Notes: generated by a model from the sequence alone, not told the origin. Positions 9,982 to 20,252 are shown, counted from the stretch's first letter. The stretch: DNA of 64,000 bases from a bacterium (GCA_021108215.1 JAIORK010000050.1:10498-74497), one strand, 5' to 3'. Program-made: numbers and translations.

Positions 9982-11196
9982 TTACAGGCGGCGGCGAACA
10001 GTCACCGTACGGCGACTCCCCAGTGTTTTGGGTTTGAATGTCTCCGGCGGCTGACATTCTTTGGGCAGGGGTTCATCATAGGGAAAACCAGACAAAACCT
10101 TTCTTTCCAGCGGTCTGCCCAACAATTTTTCCACATCCCGGATAATATCATTGTCCTCCCATGTGACCATGGTGAGTGCATCGCCATTGCGTGCCGCCCG
10201 GCCGGTGCGGCCGATGCGATGAATATAGGATGTGGCAGTATCCGGCATATCGTAATTAATGACATGCGAAATGCTCTCGATATCCAATCCCCGGGCCGCA
10301 ATATCCGTGGCCACCAAAATAGGAATATGACCTTTCCGGAAGTTCTTTAAGATTTGCATGCGCTGCCCCTGAGTACGGTTGGCATGCAGGGCATCCGATG
10401 TAAAACCGGCCCGTTTGAGTTTGCGCGCCACCCCGTCGGCCCGGTGTTTGGTCCGGGTAAAAATAAGTACTGATTGTGTCTTCATGTTTTTCAGAACACG
10501 CACCAACAAATCAGACTTCATCATTCGGGAGATGGGATACAGCGTATGGGTAACTGTTTCCGCCGGCGCCTCAATACTCACTGCCAAGCGTTTGGGGTTG
10601 CGCATATTGTTGGCAATTAAATTTTCCAGCACTCTGGTAAATGTTGCCGAGAAAAGTGCGGTTTGACGTTTATTGGGAACGCAGCGCAGCAGCTTGCGAA
10701 TCGGGGGCAAAAACCCCATGTCCAGCATGCGGTCCGCCTCGTCGAGTACCACCCATTCAATATGTTTCAAATCCACTGTTTTTCGCTCCACATGATCCAG
10801 CAAACGCCCCGGACATGCGACGAGAATATCCACACCTTTTCTCAAGCCATCGAGCTGATTTTGCATGCTCATCCCGCCATAGATCGTTATCGACCGGATC
10901 CCGGTGTGTTTTCCCAAAACACGAATGACTTCATGAATCTGTTCCGCCAGCTCGCGGGTGGGTGTAATCACCAGGGCGCGTGCCTGCTTTTTACTCTCGC
11001 TTTGTAATAGTTTTTGCAGAATTGGGAGTACAAAGGCTGCGGTCTTTCCAGTGCCGGTCTGGGCGGTCGCGATCACATCGCGCCCTTCCATCAGCGGTGG
11101 AATCGCCAGAGATTGGATGGGCGTAGGGGTTTTATACCCTGCGGATTTCAGCCCTTTCCACAGTGTTTCGTGCAATTGCATACTTTCAAAATTCAT
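9982..11196 (-). CDS. DEAD-box RNA helicase (RhlE-like)
   Basis: Q motif GYKTPTPIQ, AQTGTGKT, PTRELA, LDEADRMLDMGF, SAT, ARGLD, HRIGRTGR; start at MNFESMQL with AAGGA RBS. Confidence 0.95.
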   Translation of the reverse strand: MNFESMQLHETLWKGLKSAGYKTPTPIQSLAIPPLMEGRDVIATAQTGTGKTAAFVLPILQKLLQSESKKQARALVITPTRELAEQIHEVIRVLGKHTGIRSITIYGGMSMQNQLDGLRKGVDILVACPGRLLDHVERKTVDLKHIEWVVLDEADRMLDMGFLPPIRKLLRCVPNKRQTALFSATFTRVLENLIANNMRNPKRLAVSIEAPAETVTHTLYPISRMMKSDLLVRVLKNMKTQSVLIFTRTKHRADGVARKLKRAGFTSDALHANRTQGQRMQILKNFRKGHIPILVATDIAARGLDIESISHVINYDMPDTATSYIHRIGRTGRAARNGDALTMVTWEDNDIIRDVEKLLGRPLERKVLSGFPYDEPLPKECQPPETFKPKTLGSRRTVTVRRRL

Positions 11197-11516
11197 TTTG
11201 TTTCCTTTTTTGTCTGCCGACCAACGATAGAATTGATATCCATTTCGATTAATTTTCAGTCGGCAGGATCCTGGTAAACATGGATCTTGAAAACAAGATG
11301 AAAGCGGATTCGTTGATGATTGCGAGGGTTTTCCTAAGACTGTTTCCAAAGGGAAAAAGGCGGGAAGAACAAAGCAAATCATTTATGTCTGGAAAGTATA
11401 CACTATCGCGGCCAAAATAGCGAGCACTATCTTCAGTTATTTCATTAATTTTCAACCCTCCCCGGACATGCTCCGGGCAACCGTGAGCAAAGGGAAACAG
11501 CCCAAAAAAACACCCT

Positions 11517-11729
11517 TTATTTTTTAAGCCTGAGTAAGTTGGTTTTGATCCAGCCCCAGTTTAAAATAATGTGGAACAAAAACAACAAATCCAAAATTAT
11601 GGCATTGTTCATATGCACCGAATGCGCCCATCCCGCATCAAACTTTTTCATGGCAATCCCGGTCACAATCTGCAAAAGCATGGCAACCAGCAACAATGGA
11701 TTAACCACCAACAACAGCTTCATTTTCAT
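11517..11729 (-). CDS. Small membrane protein, DUF4405-like (two TM helices with His residues)
   Basis: QIVTG...VH...LFLFHIILNWGWIK pattern; GGAGG RBS. Confidence 0.7.
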   Translation of the reverse strand: MKMKLLLVVNPLLLVAMLLQIVTGIAMKKFDAGWAHSVHMNNAIILDLLFLFHIILNWGWIKTNLLRLKK

Positions 11730-11747
11730 ACAGTTCCTCCCGGATAA

Positions 11748-12587
11748 TCATTTATTTATTATTCCGTTTTTTCGCTGCTCCTCTTCCCGCACGGTCTGAC
11801 AAGCCCGGGCAATGGCAGCACCCCAAAAAATAGTCAAGGAAGAATAATAAACCCACAGCAAAAGCGCCACCAATGACCGCGAGGACCCATAAAAAACGAC
11901 CATGGGATTGAAGACCCAATATTTTTCCAAACCATATTTTCCAATCTCAAATAAACAGGCTGCCCCCAGGGCACCCATAACCGCATCCTGCCACCGCACC
12001 TCGGTATCCGGCGCCCATTTGTACAGCAAAACAAACATGAGCACGGCAACAAAAAACGTAGTCGCAGCCTCAATCAATTTCCACTTAATCATAATGGACT
12101 GGGTCAGCAATGCAAAGAGTGTGCTCACAAAAAATGAAGTGACCAGAACGGTTGAAACGACCAGCATCATGCCCAATGGCACTGTCTGTTTTTTTAAAAA
12201 TGCCGGCCACTTCCGCTGTTTGCGCGGCGCAACCTGCCAAATCTTATTGAGCACATCATGAATATGGGCAAACACGATGATTGCCGCAAAAAAAGCAATC
12301 AGCAATCCAAAAAAAGTGGAAACCGGACCCTGAAAAATCCCCAGGGTGGTGCGCGTGGTCAGCGAATTAAAGATATCCCGGGCCTGAACAGTCATCATCG
12401 AATTTGCCTGGTGAAGAATCACATCCCGCGGTCCCCGCCCCGCAACATCTGCCAGCCATTGCATAAAAAAGGCGAATGGCGCCAGTGCCATCAATGAAAA
12501 AAAAGCCAGCCCGGCAGCATCAATGAATAATCGTTTTTTAAAAAGTGTGCTCAAAGAGCTGCGCACAATTTTCAGCCATAGAAGCAT
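11748..12587 (-). CDS. YihY/virulence factor BrkB family membrane protein
   Basis: AAGLAFFSLMALAP, LNKIWQV, LYKWAPD...W.DA..GA, YGS..SLVALLLWVYYSS..IFWGA. Confidence 0.9.
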   Translation of the reverse strand: MLLWLKIVRSSLSTLFKKRLFIDAAGLAFFSLMALAPFAFFMQWLADVAGRGPRDVILHQANSMMTVQARDIFNSLTTRTTLGIFQGPVSTFFGLLIAFFAAIIVFAHIHDVLNKIWQVAPRKQRKWPAFLKKQTVPLGMMLVVSTVLVTSFFVSTLFALLTQSIMIKWKLIEAATTFFVAVLMFVLLYKWAPDTEVRWQDAVMGALGAACLFEIGKYGLEKYWVFNPMVVFYGSSRSLVALLLWVYYSSLTIFWGAAIARACQTVREEEQRKNGIINK

Positions 12588-12645
12588 CGAACCGTCCTTG
12601 GGATAACCTGATTTTTAAATACGCTTATCCTACTTGCAATAAGTC

Positions 12646-13752
12646 TTAGTTTTTCCCCCGAGGTGTCTTCCCGCTCGCCATCATAATACCCAATGGCCGC
12701 AGCACCGGAATATGTTCACAGATGATTTTCAAAGCCACCGCAAAAATTACAGATAAAAATGCTCCCAGGATACCCCACAACCAGCCGCACAAAAGTAAAA
12801 AAATCAAAATTACAATCGGACTTAAATCCAGCTGGTCCCCCATAACCTTCGGACTGATCACATTCCCGATCACTTGATTAATGACCAAAATAACCAGCAC
12901 GATAATAATCGCCGGCCAAACATTGGGATAAAATTGGATCAATGCCAGCAAAACCGGTGGCAAGGCCGCAATAATCGAACCAATGGTGGGAATAAAATTA
13001 AGGAAAAATGCGAGCATGCCCCAGGTAAAAGCAAACTTCAACCCCAAAAGCGCACACAAGAGCCAAACCAAAAAACCGGTTATCATGCTCAACAAGGTCT
13101 GCATCAGGATATACTTGGATATTTTATTCGTAACAGACGCTGTAATCCGACTAACCTGTTCCGCCACATCCCGGGTAAACGCACGCTTCAGATTGTGCTG
13201 GGTATAGGGCCGGGCCACCAAAATAAATGCCAAAATAATAATGACGAATATCAAATTGGAAAGAAAGGTGGTCAGACTGCCCAATAATTTACCCAGCATC
13301 GCCATGAGAGATTCAAACGCCTGGGTCAGCCATTTGCTCATCTGGGCGTCAATATTATCATTAAGCTGTACTGGAACATGCCGGAGAATATCCTGAAGAA
13401 TGGCGGAAAACTTTCCCTGCAAGGCGGGCATCTGATTGATGAATCCGGCTGCATTGACGGAAAGCAATACCGCAAACCAGTACATCGCAACCATCAACAA
13501 AACCAGTACCACCGCAATGGAAAGACTGCGGGGAATTTTTTTACTGACAAACCAGCCAATGGGCGGTTCAAGCATCAAGGATAAAAACCAGGCAACCAGC
13601 GGCGGCATAATAACCGCATACCCGACTTTGAATACCGCCAGCAAGAGAACCACCGCAATAAAAACCAGGCACAGCGTGCTGATATTGCCCGGCGAGGCAA
13701 AAAGATTAAACTTAACCGGTTTCTCCGAACGTGTCGTCATCCCATCCCCCAT
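12646..13752 (-). CDS. AI-2E family transporter
   Basis: Multi-TM; LAFFLNFIPTIGSIIA, GNVISPKVMGDQLDLSP, WGILGAFLSV. Confidence 0.9.
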   Translation of the reverse strand: MGDGMTTRSEKPVKFNLFASPGNISTLCLVFIAVVLLLAVFKVGYAVIMPPLVAWFLSLMLEPPIGWFVSKKIPRSLSIAVVLVLLMVAMYWFAVLLSVNAAGFINQMPALQGKFSAILQDILRHVPVQLNDNIDAQMSKWLTQAFESLMAMLGKLLGSLTTFLSNLIFVIIILAFILVARPYTQHNLKRAFTRDVAEQVSRITASVTNKISKYILMQTLLSMITGFLVWLLCALLGLKFAFTWGMLAFFLNFIPTIGSIIAALPPVLLALIQFYPNVWPAIIIVLVILVINQVIGNVISPKVMGDQLDLSPIVILIFLLLCGWLWGILGAFLSVIFAVALKIICEHIPVLRPLGIMMASGKTPRGKN

Positions 13753-13883
13753 ACCGAAGTATATTTTTAATCACTGCCGGCCTAATTCATAAAATATTCT
13801 GACCGGCTTTATCGCGTACTGTCTTTCTTAATTTTGACAAAATAATTTTTAAATATCATAACAGATTTCTTTCTTCGGAAAAA

Positions 13884-14690
13884 TTACTTTTCCAGGGATT
13901 TCAAAATTCCCTGTATTTTGTCCTGATATTCGTCTGAAGTGACATAATCCATGTCATTGTGCCCGCCATCATACGGCAACAGCATTTTAGGCGGAAGCGC
14001 ATTTTGATGCAATAACGAGGCGTGCCGGAAAGCAATCATATCATCATAACGCCCATGTATAATCAACTTGGGTGTTTTAATATGCCGGATTTTCCTGACA
14101 CTGTCATACTTTTGCTGCGTCAACCAGGACATTGGGAGAAAAGGATACATTTCCTTGGACACCTGTTCAACCGAGGCAAATGGACTTTCCAGAACCAGGT
14201 AGCCTACCGGATTATGCAGTGCCAGATCCACGATGACAGCGCACCCCAGCGACTTGCCGTAGACAACAATCTGTTGCGGATCAATGTTCCTTTCGTGAAT
14301 CAGATAATCGTAAGCTGTCTGCACGTCGCGATACAGTCCTTTTTCACTCGGGCGGCCTGTGCTCTTTCCATACCCGCGATAATCAAACATAAGTAAATTA
14401 ACACGCAGCTCCTTGAAAAACGCGACCCGATGCAGCCTGCCCGACATATTTCCGGCATTGCCGTGACAAAAAAGCACAGCTTGTTTTGATTTGGGGGATT
14501 TAATATACCAGGCATGCAGAATTTGTTTATCCGATGTTTTCAGAAAAACATCTTCATACCGCACCTTAATATCCTTCGGTGTTTCCTCAATCTCCTTTTT
14601 AGGAAAATAGAGGCCCTTTTGCTCAATCACAATCGCCAGAATTTTGGCAACCATGATGCCGAGGATGATAATCGCGAGAAAAGTAGTCAT
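13884..14690 (-). CDS. Alpha/beta hydrolase (Bem46/ABHD13-like)
   Basis: LFCHGNAGN, FDYRGYGKSTGRPSE, GKSLG nucleophile, HGRYDD, GGHND. Confidence 0.9.
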   Translation of the reverse strand: MTTFLAIIILGIMVAKILAIVIEQKGLYFPKKEIEETPKDIKVRYEDVFLKTSDKQILHAWYIKSPKSKQAVLFCHGNAGNMSGRLHRVAFFKELRVNLLMFDYRGYGKSTGRPSEKGLYRDVQTAYDYLIHERNIDPQQIVVYGKSLGCAVIVDLALHNPVGYLVLESPFASVEQVSKEMYPFLPMSWLTQQKYDSVRKIRHIKTPKLIIHGRYDDMIAFRHASLLHQNALPPKMLLPYDGGHNDMDYVTSDEYQDKIQGILKSLEK

Positions 14691-14703
14691 GTATTATCCT
14701 TTT

Positions 14704-14949
14704 GATAAAAATCCACGGGCTTACCCGGCATCCGGCATGCGCCGGACAAGTACGCCGGGCAGGCTGCCCGTGGTATTTTTGTCGGGAGATGTTCGCCCTG
14801 CCCCAAATACGGCAGGATGTCGCACCGATCTGCCGAAATATCAATTCGGTGCTCCACCTTCAATCGACGATATTTTTACTCGCTTCATCGATGGACTTAC
14901 CCGGCATTCGCCGGGCAAGCTGTCCATCGTGTTCGCGCTAGCACGATAA
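14704..14949 (+). repeat. Nested palindromic intergenic element (copy A)
   Basis: ATCCACGGGCTTACCCGGCATCCGGCAT...GGGCAGGCTG...CCATCGTGTTCGCGCTAGCACGATA; related copies at 59611, 61731 and partial at 46146. Confidence 0.85.
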
Positions 14950-14974
14950 CCAGGGTACGTGCGCTCTCTACTGT

Positions 14975-15280
14975 TCACTTCGGCTTGGGCGATTTTCCCG
15001 TACCCCACAAAGGATCGTTCCCGAATTGCCGGCGGACCATTTCCTCGGGATTTTGCCGGTAAAATTCTTCTTGAGAGAATGCAAACCGGTATGCCCCCGT
15101 GTATTCCTGCAATATCCGGTAAGCGGTATTTATTTTCTGCATTTTCTCCGGCTCCTGCGCCCCTGCATCCGGATGATGCTGCTTTACCAATTCCCGGTGC
15201 CGGTCCTGAATTTCCGCGCGCGTAGCAGTTTCCCGAAGGCCAAACACTGCCAATGCAGCCTGCAACTCTTTATAGGTCAT
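14975..15280 (-). CDS. Small J-domain protein
   Basis: RELVKQHHPD (HPD motif), MQKINTAYRIL. Confidence 0.88.
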   Translation of the reverse strand: MTYKELQAALAVFGLRETATRAEIQDRHRELVKQHHPDAGAQEPEKMQKINTAYRILQEYTGAYRFAFSQEEFYRQNPEEMVRRQFGNDPLWGTGKSPKPK

Positions 15281-15459
15281 GGGTCAACAAGTCCAATCTA
15301 ATAGTGTATTCTGCGGCACCGGCCGCGTCTCAACCGCTTCCTTTATAACATCAAAACAATAACTGGGGAAGCTGACGACCAGCCTTTTTCGTCCCAAATT
15401 ATGGCGTTCCCCAGACAAGCGTGCGGCATTTAACTCCCTGGCTTTCATTATATTCACTT

Positions 15460-16064
15460 TTACTTTTTCATCGCCCGAACAGCGATAAAACTGCCTGAAC
15501 CAAATCCCGGTTCCACTCTTTTGTCCTCGCTCTTGCCGGAAAATAAGGCCTGCCGGTAGACAAAACATGAGAATCCGGCTTGGCTCAAATGAGTTTCCAT
15601 TTCCCTGACTGAATAAAAGGTAGCTCGGGAATAAAATTTGCTCTGGGATTTTTTTTCGTTATATTTCTTTCCCAGTTCGCTCTCCCGGTCAATAAATCCG
15701 ATAATCAGGCTTCCTGCCGGTTTAAGTACACGGCCGGCTTCTCCAAACGCTTTATTAATATCATCAAGAAAACAAACCGAGGTCATCATAAGCGCAAAAT
15801 CAAACTCCGCATCACCAAACGGCAGTGCCTCGGCCGCCGCTTCCCGGATCTCAATTCCCCGCTGCCGGGCCAAAGCCGCCATCCGCGCAGCAGGTTCTAC
15901 CCCGACCGCAATCCCCAGCCGGGACGCAAATCTCCCAGCCCAGTCCCCTGACGAGGAATCAATTCACTTAAGGCTGCGAGTTCATCCTCATACGCTGTTT
16001 TATTTTCATCAAACCAGGCATCATATTTTTCAGCATTTTCATTAAAAACCATTATCTTGTCCAT
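15460..16064 (-). pseudogene. Class I SAM-dependent methyltransferase, frameshifted by a short deletion in motif I
   Basis: ATG 16064: MDKIMVFNENAEKYDAWFDENK..Y..EL.AL..LIP..GTGL, then frame switches near 15937 to GRFASRLGIAVGVEP..MAALARQRGI...AEALPF; the expected EIGxGT is missing. Confidence 0.8.
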
Positions 16065-16333
16065 GACGCTCCCTAAAAAAGTTTTTATCTTAGGACCGCT
16101 TGGAAACCAGCGTCAGCTTGTCAACTTAGCGTACCGGCCCTTCCCGAAAATCCAGCCGTGACCCTATTTGGCGCAGCGCTTATCCTTCCTGCCATAAAAA
16201 AAAAGTATCATATTTTTCATTTGATTGGCATTATACAGGATAAAAAAAATAATTTGAATATAGAATCGAGAAATGAAGTGATACGTCAACTAATTAATTC
16301 CGGCCCCTTACAAAAAAGGAACAACTATAAATT

Positions 16334-17095
16334 TTATTCTTCCGGACTTATTTCTTCAGGCGCTTTTTTTCTTTGTTTGGGAAACAATTGATCAATCACA
16401 GAACGCTTTTTAGGTTTTTTACCAAATAAAACATTTAAATTATTCTTGGCCGTGTGATTGTCCGGCCATAGTTCCAAGGCTCTTTTTTGACTCGCGACTG
16501 CTTTTTCGAGCTGACCTTGGTGCCTATGGACGATCCCTAAATTAGTATAGCTGACAGACAATCTCCGCTTTACTTCTAATTGGGCCAACTCAATTTCACT
16601 TATTCTTTTATGCAACACCCTTTTATTCGTCTGAAAATAGGGTTCGATTTTTGTTTTGATCTCTTCGGCATTGAGTTCGCCATAGGTGTTGAGCCATCTT
16701 TCATAAAGTGCATTGCTGGTCAAAGCCGTTTGTTCCGCTTTTATAAGCAGGGGCGACCGCTCGGCCGCCCCTACATTTTTATCATATAAAGCCATTAACA
16801 AGTATGTTGCAGTTCGATTGTTATAAACAATGCCCGGTTCATAAGAATCAGCATATCCAAAAGTATTTTTATAAAGCCCCTCAAGTTCATCAAGCACAAT
16901 AAACGCCAAGGGGTATTTTTTTTCCTCAATGAGCCGGCTGTATTTGGCAAACAAATGCCGGGCTTCTGCAACCCGGGAATCTTCCGCCTGGTTAACGCTT
17001 CGGTAATAAAAATAAGCACCCGTACCAACAATGACTGAAATCGTTACTAAAACGATCAACAGTCTTTTCGTCCCTCTAATCATGTACTTTTTCAA
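16334..17095 (-). CDS. Membrane-anchored TPR protein
   Basis: N-terminal TM; SYTNLGIVHRHQGQLEKAVASQKRALELWPDNHTAKNNLN TPR. Confidence 0.8.
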   Translation of the reverse strand: MKKYMIRGTKRLLIVLVTISVIVGTGAYFYYRSVNQAEDSRVAEARHLFAKYSRLIEEKKYPLAFIVLDELEGLYKNTFGYADSYEPGIVYNNRTATYLLMALYDKNVGAAERSPLLIKAEQTALTSNALYERWLNTYGELNAEEIKTKIEPYFQTNKRVLHKRISEIELAQLEVKRRLSVSYTNLGIVHRHQGQLEKAVASQKRALELWPDNHTAKNNLNVLFGKKPKKRSVIDQLFPKQRKKAPEEISPEE

Positions 17096-18767
17096 CTAAG
17101 AATTTTTTAATCTCAACCGGAGTGGGTGCCGTAAATGTCGAAACAACAATATTAACTATAATCGCAACCGGTGCACCAATCCACGCAAAATACCAAGCAT
17201 TCAGCCAGTAAGAAATAAATGCATGCGCAGGCAAGGTTACACCGAATTTCCCGGCCACAAAGTAGGTTAATGAAATTAAAGCGACCGCCATACCGGCACT
17301 CAGACCGGCAATCGCTCCGGCTCTATTGGATCGACACCACCAAATCCCCAGCAAGAATAACGGGAATATCGTAGAACCCGCCAAAGAGAATGCCAATGCA
17401 ACCAATTGTGCAATGAGTGCCAGTTTCATCAATGCGACCACGGCAACCGCCACCGCCATGATGACGGTTCCTAGTCTGGCCATGAGTAATTGTTTTGCCG
17501 GAGATGCGTTTGGATTTAATACTTTAAAATAGAGATCATGTGAAAAGGCCGAAGCACCGGCAACCAACAAACCTGAGACAGTGGAAAAAGCAGCTGAAAT
17601 AGCCCCGGCAGCTAAAAGCCCCACAATAAGCGGATTGATATCCCCCAATTGGGCGGTATAAACAACAATCGCATCTTTGGCCAATTTTCCAACTTCCGGA
17701 TTTGAAGACAAAATCTTTCCAAAAGCGGAATAAACCGGCGCACTCCAGTACAACAAGCAGATAAAGAACAATCCCCAAACAACCGACCATCTTGCATCCG
17801 AAGCTTTTGGCACAACATAAAACCTCTGAATAACATGCGGAAGACCGGCAGTACCGATCATGAGTGAAAAACAGGTGGCAATCCATTGAAAAAATGTTTT
17901 ACCGGTTGCAGAATCCCAGGGCATGGCATATTCCGGACTTGGCATGATGGCAAAACCATGGCCATACACATTCAGCAAAGACACCTGGTCGACGGTCTTG
18001 GGAATGGGAATGCCTTGAACAATATCAGACACAACAGAACCATAACCAATTTGGGGCAGCAGCCAAAAATAATCAAATTTAAATGTCAGCAGGAATAACG
18101 GAATCATAAATGAAATAATAATAATAACATATTGAATCTGCATGTTTTTGGTCACACCCAACATACCCGAAATAAGCGTGTAGGCAAGCACAACCGAAGC
18201 ACCGATAAGTACCGCCCACGCATAATCCACACCAAGGACCCACTTGAACATAAGTCCGATGCCGCCAAATTGTCCGACACAGTATGAAAAAGATATTAAG
18301 ATGGCAACGACTGCGGAAAAAGCTCTAAGCCCTTTTGAGTAGTATCGGTCACCAATAAAATCAGGCGCTGTGAATCTTCCGTATTTCCTGATTTGACCTG
18401 CCATTAAGATGAGTAACAAAACATACCCGCCGGTCCAACCGACAACATAGGATAATCCGTGATATCCAGAACCATACATAATGGCGGCCATCCCAAGAAA
18501 TGACGCGGCACTCATCCAGTTGCTTGCTATGGCCATTCCGGAACCAACGCGGGATATTTTCCGTCCTGCCGCCCAGTAATCATTGGTGTCTTTTGCTTTG
18601 TGAAACAAGCCGACACCAATAAATAAAGCCAACATTGAAATCAAAATAATTGCAGGTCCGATTTTAAAACTCCCTTCCAATGCCGTCACACTCGCCGCAT
18701 TGGAAAAAGCAGGTATACTCAAAAACAATAGCGTAAGCAAACTTTTCATTATCATTCTCCCCATCAC
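17076..18767 (-). CDS. Sodium:solute symporter (ActP-like)
   Basis: YWAAGR, GMAIASNWMSAASFLG, GWTGGY, FTAPDFIGDRY, GTAGLPHVIQRFY, AFSTVSGLL, FSHDLY. Confidence 0.93.
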   Translation of the reverse strand: MMGRMIMKSLLTLLFLSIPAFSNAASVTALEGSFKIGPAIILISMLALFIGVGLFHKAKDTNDYWAAGRKISRVGSGMAIASNWMSAASFLGMAAIMYGSGYHGLSYVVGWTGGYVLLLILMAGQIRKYGRFTAPDFIGDRYYSKGLRAFSAVVAILISFSYCVGQFGGIGLMFKWVLGVDYAWAVLIGASVVLAYTLISGMLGVTKNMQIQYVIIIISFMIPLFLLTFKFDYFWLLPQIGYGSVVSDIVQGIPIPKTVDQVSLLNVYGHGFAIMPSPEYAMPWDSATGKTFFQWIATCFSLMIGTAGLPHVIQRFYVVPKASDARWSVVWGLFFICLLYWSAPVYSAFGKILSSNPEVGKLAKDAIVVYTAQLGDINPLIVGLLAAGAISAAFSTVSGLLVAGASAFSHDLYFKVLNPNASPAKQLLMARLGTVIMAVAVAVVALMKLALIAQLVALAFSLAGSTIFPLFLLGIWWCRSNRAGAIAGLSAGMAVALISLTYFVAGKFGVTLPAHAFISYWLNAWYFAWIGAPVAIIVNIVVSTFTAPTPVEIKKFLVEKVHD

Positions 18768-19414
18768 ACGTCTTCTATGATTTGATATTTTTTGTGAACG
18801 CGATCAATTAAAATGCAGTAGGACAGACACATTAATACAAACAGAATTAATAAAAATTCGGCAGTATACCAATAATGAAAAGGAAATCCTAAGAACCTGG
18901 CATCCGTAAGAACAGATTGATTATGGGTTAAATAAAGGCCCATAATTCCAGGCAGCCGGTCTTTCACATCTTGACCCATGGCATCAACTCTGGTTTCAGA
19001 AAGTTCTACCATAAGCAGTTTCGCTTCAAGGCTTTCCGCAGTCACACCAAGGTGCTCCGATGCTTGCGCTTTGGTTACATCCGGCGAAAGACTATAAACA
19101 CTCCAATTCAAAGCGTTTACCAAAACCGCCCGGTCTGCTTTTTTTACTGTTTTCCCTAAAACAGCTAACAATGATCTTGAAAAAGCTTGTGTTTCTGAAG
19201 GTGTCGCCGACCCTGCGGCAACAGTCTCCCAAACTTGTTCAAAAGCAATAAGACTTTTTTCTTTCGTCGGTTTTTCAATCACTTTTAATAAAATTTGAAA
19301 ACCAAATACCGCAACCGCCCAGATCACGACCATCGTGCTTATGATTTTCATATTTGCTTTGGCATGGTCAGTTCTCGGTTTAAAGAAATGGACTTTATAG
19401 TCAGTATTTTCCAT
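18764..19414 (-). CDS. DUF4212-domain partner of the symporter (long form)
   Basis: ANMKIISTMVVIWAVAVFG N-half and ARFLGFPFHYWY..FLLILFV C-half separated by a soluble insert; directly upstream of SSS gene. Confidence 0.75.
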   Translation of the reverse strand: MENTDYKVHFFKPRTDHAKANMKIISTMVVIWAVAVFGFQILLKVIEKPTKEKSLIAFEQVWETVAAGSATPSETQAFSRSLLAVLGKTVKKADRAVLVNALNWSVYSLSPDVTKAQASEHLGVTAESLEAKLLMVELSETRVDAMGQDVKDRLPGIMGLYLTHNQSVLTDARFLGFPFHYWYTAEFLLILFVLMCLSYCILIDRVHKKYQIIEDV

Positions 19415-19722
19415 GTTCACTCCCGCCCCCCATTATGCGTAATAATAAAATCTCACGATCAGATGCTTTAATATACCAAGAGGCGCATGAAAAATCACGC
19501 GCCTCCGCACAAAGAGCAACCATATCATTCCTGCCAAAAAGCGTCAATTTCTTTATTCCGCACTATTTCAAAACAATGATTTCGATATCCAATTCCTAAT
19601 TCCAATTTCACCTAATCACTTCAACAAACTTTATTTACAAAATGATAGTCGAAGCATCCTGTCAAGGATGCCGCTAAAACCTCAAATCATTCTTCACGCA
19701 AAGTTCGCAAAAAAAAATGCAG

Positions 19723-19947
19723 GGCGGTGTTAGGTTATCAGGTGCATGATTCTCAAATATATGCTGAATACCTTACTACCTAACACCGTCCCACATTTCT
19801 CGTCACGCCCGGGTGTTTTTGTAATGTAGGGAACGGTTTCAAACCGTTCCCTACAGACCCGTCCCCATATCAAATAAGTGTGTTATCTGAATATTCTAAC
19901 TCAGGTAGCGAATCACTGCTTAATTCCTTATTTCAAATACGTCCCCT
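19723..19947. repeat. Palindrome cluster (inverted repeat + REP hairpin + GGGACGTATTTGAA-type end)
   Basis: GGGCGGTGTTAGGT...ACCTAACACCGTCCC (~19723-19791); TGTAGGGAACGGTTTCAAACCGTTCCCTACA (19825-19855); TTAATTCCTTATTTCAAATACGTCCC (19920-19945) is the reverse complement of 2615-2640 with one mismatch. Confidence 0.8.
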
Positions 19948-19959
19948 ATCACGCCCCCT

Positions 19960-20252
19960 ATCACACGCCTTCGCCCACGTCTCCCGCCCCGCTTAGTGAT
20001 CGCAACGTATTGGCATTTCCCAATCCGGGCAACAAGCATATTTATTTTCAACTTCAAACTTCGGCCGGCTCTGAAATTGAAATTAATTTCTATAATTTTA
20101 CCGGTGAGCGGATAGCGATATTAAGACAGCGTTTGGATCAAACCCGGATACTTCCCTGGAATTGTGAGAATATCGCACCGGGAGTTTATATGGCTGTGAT
20201 TAAGCTAGATGGCCGGATATGGGAGAAGCTTAAAATCAGCATCGTCAGATAA
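19960..20252 (+). pseudogene. Orphan C-terminal (T9SS-like) domain fragment
   Basis: TPSPT..VLAFPNP...INFYNFTGERIA..PWNCENIAPGVY...KLKISIVR; homologous to C-termini of 5258-8341 and 20465-22375; N-terminus replaced by repeat DNA, no RBS or signal peptide seen. Confidence 0.75.

Noticed and set aside
11197-11460. Riboswitch or thermosensor upstream of DEAD-box helicase
   Set aside because: Small hairpins are present but no recognisable family motif; cannot support without Infernal.
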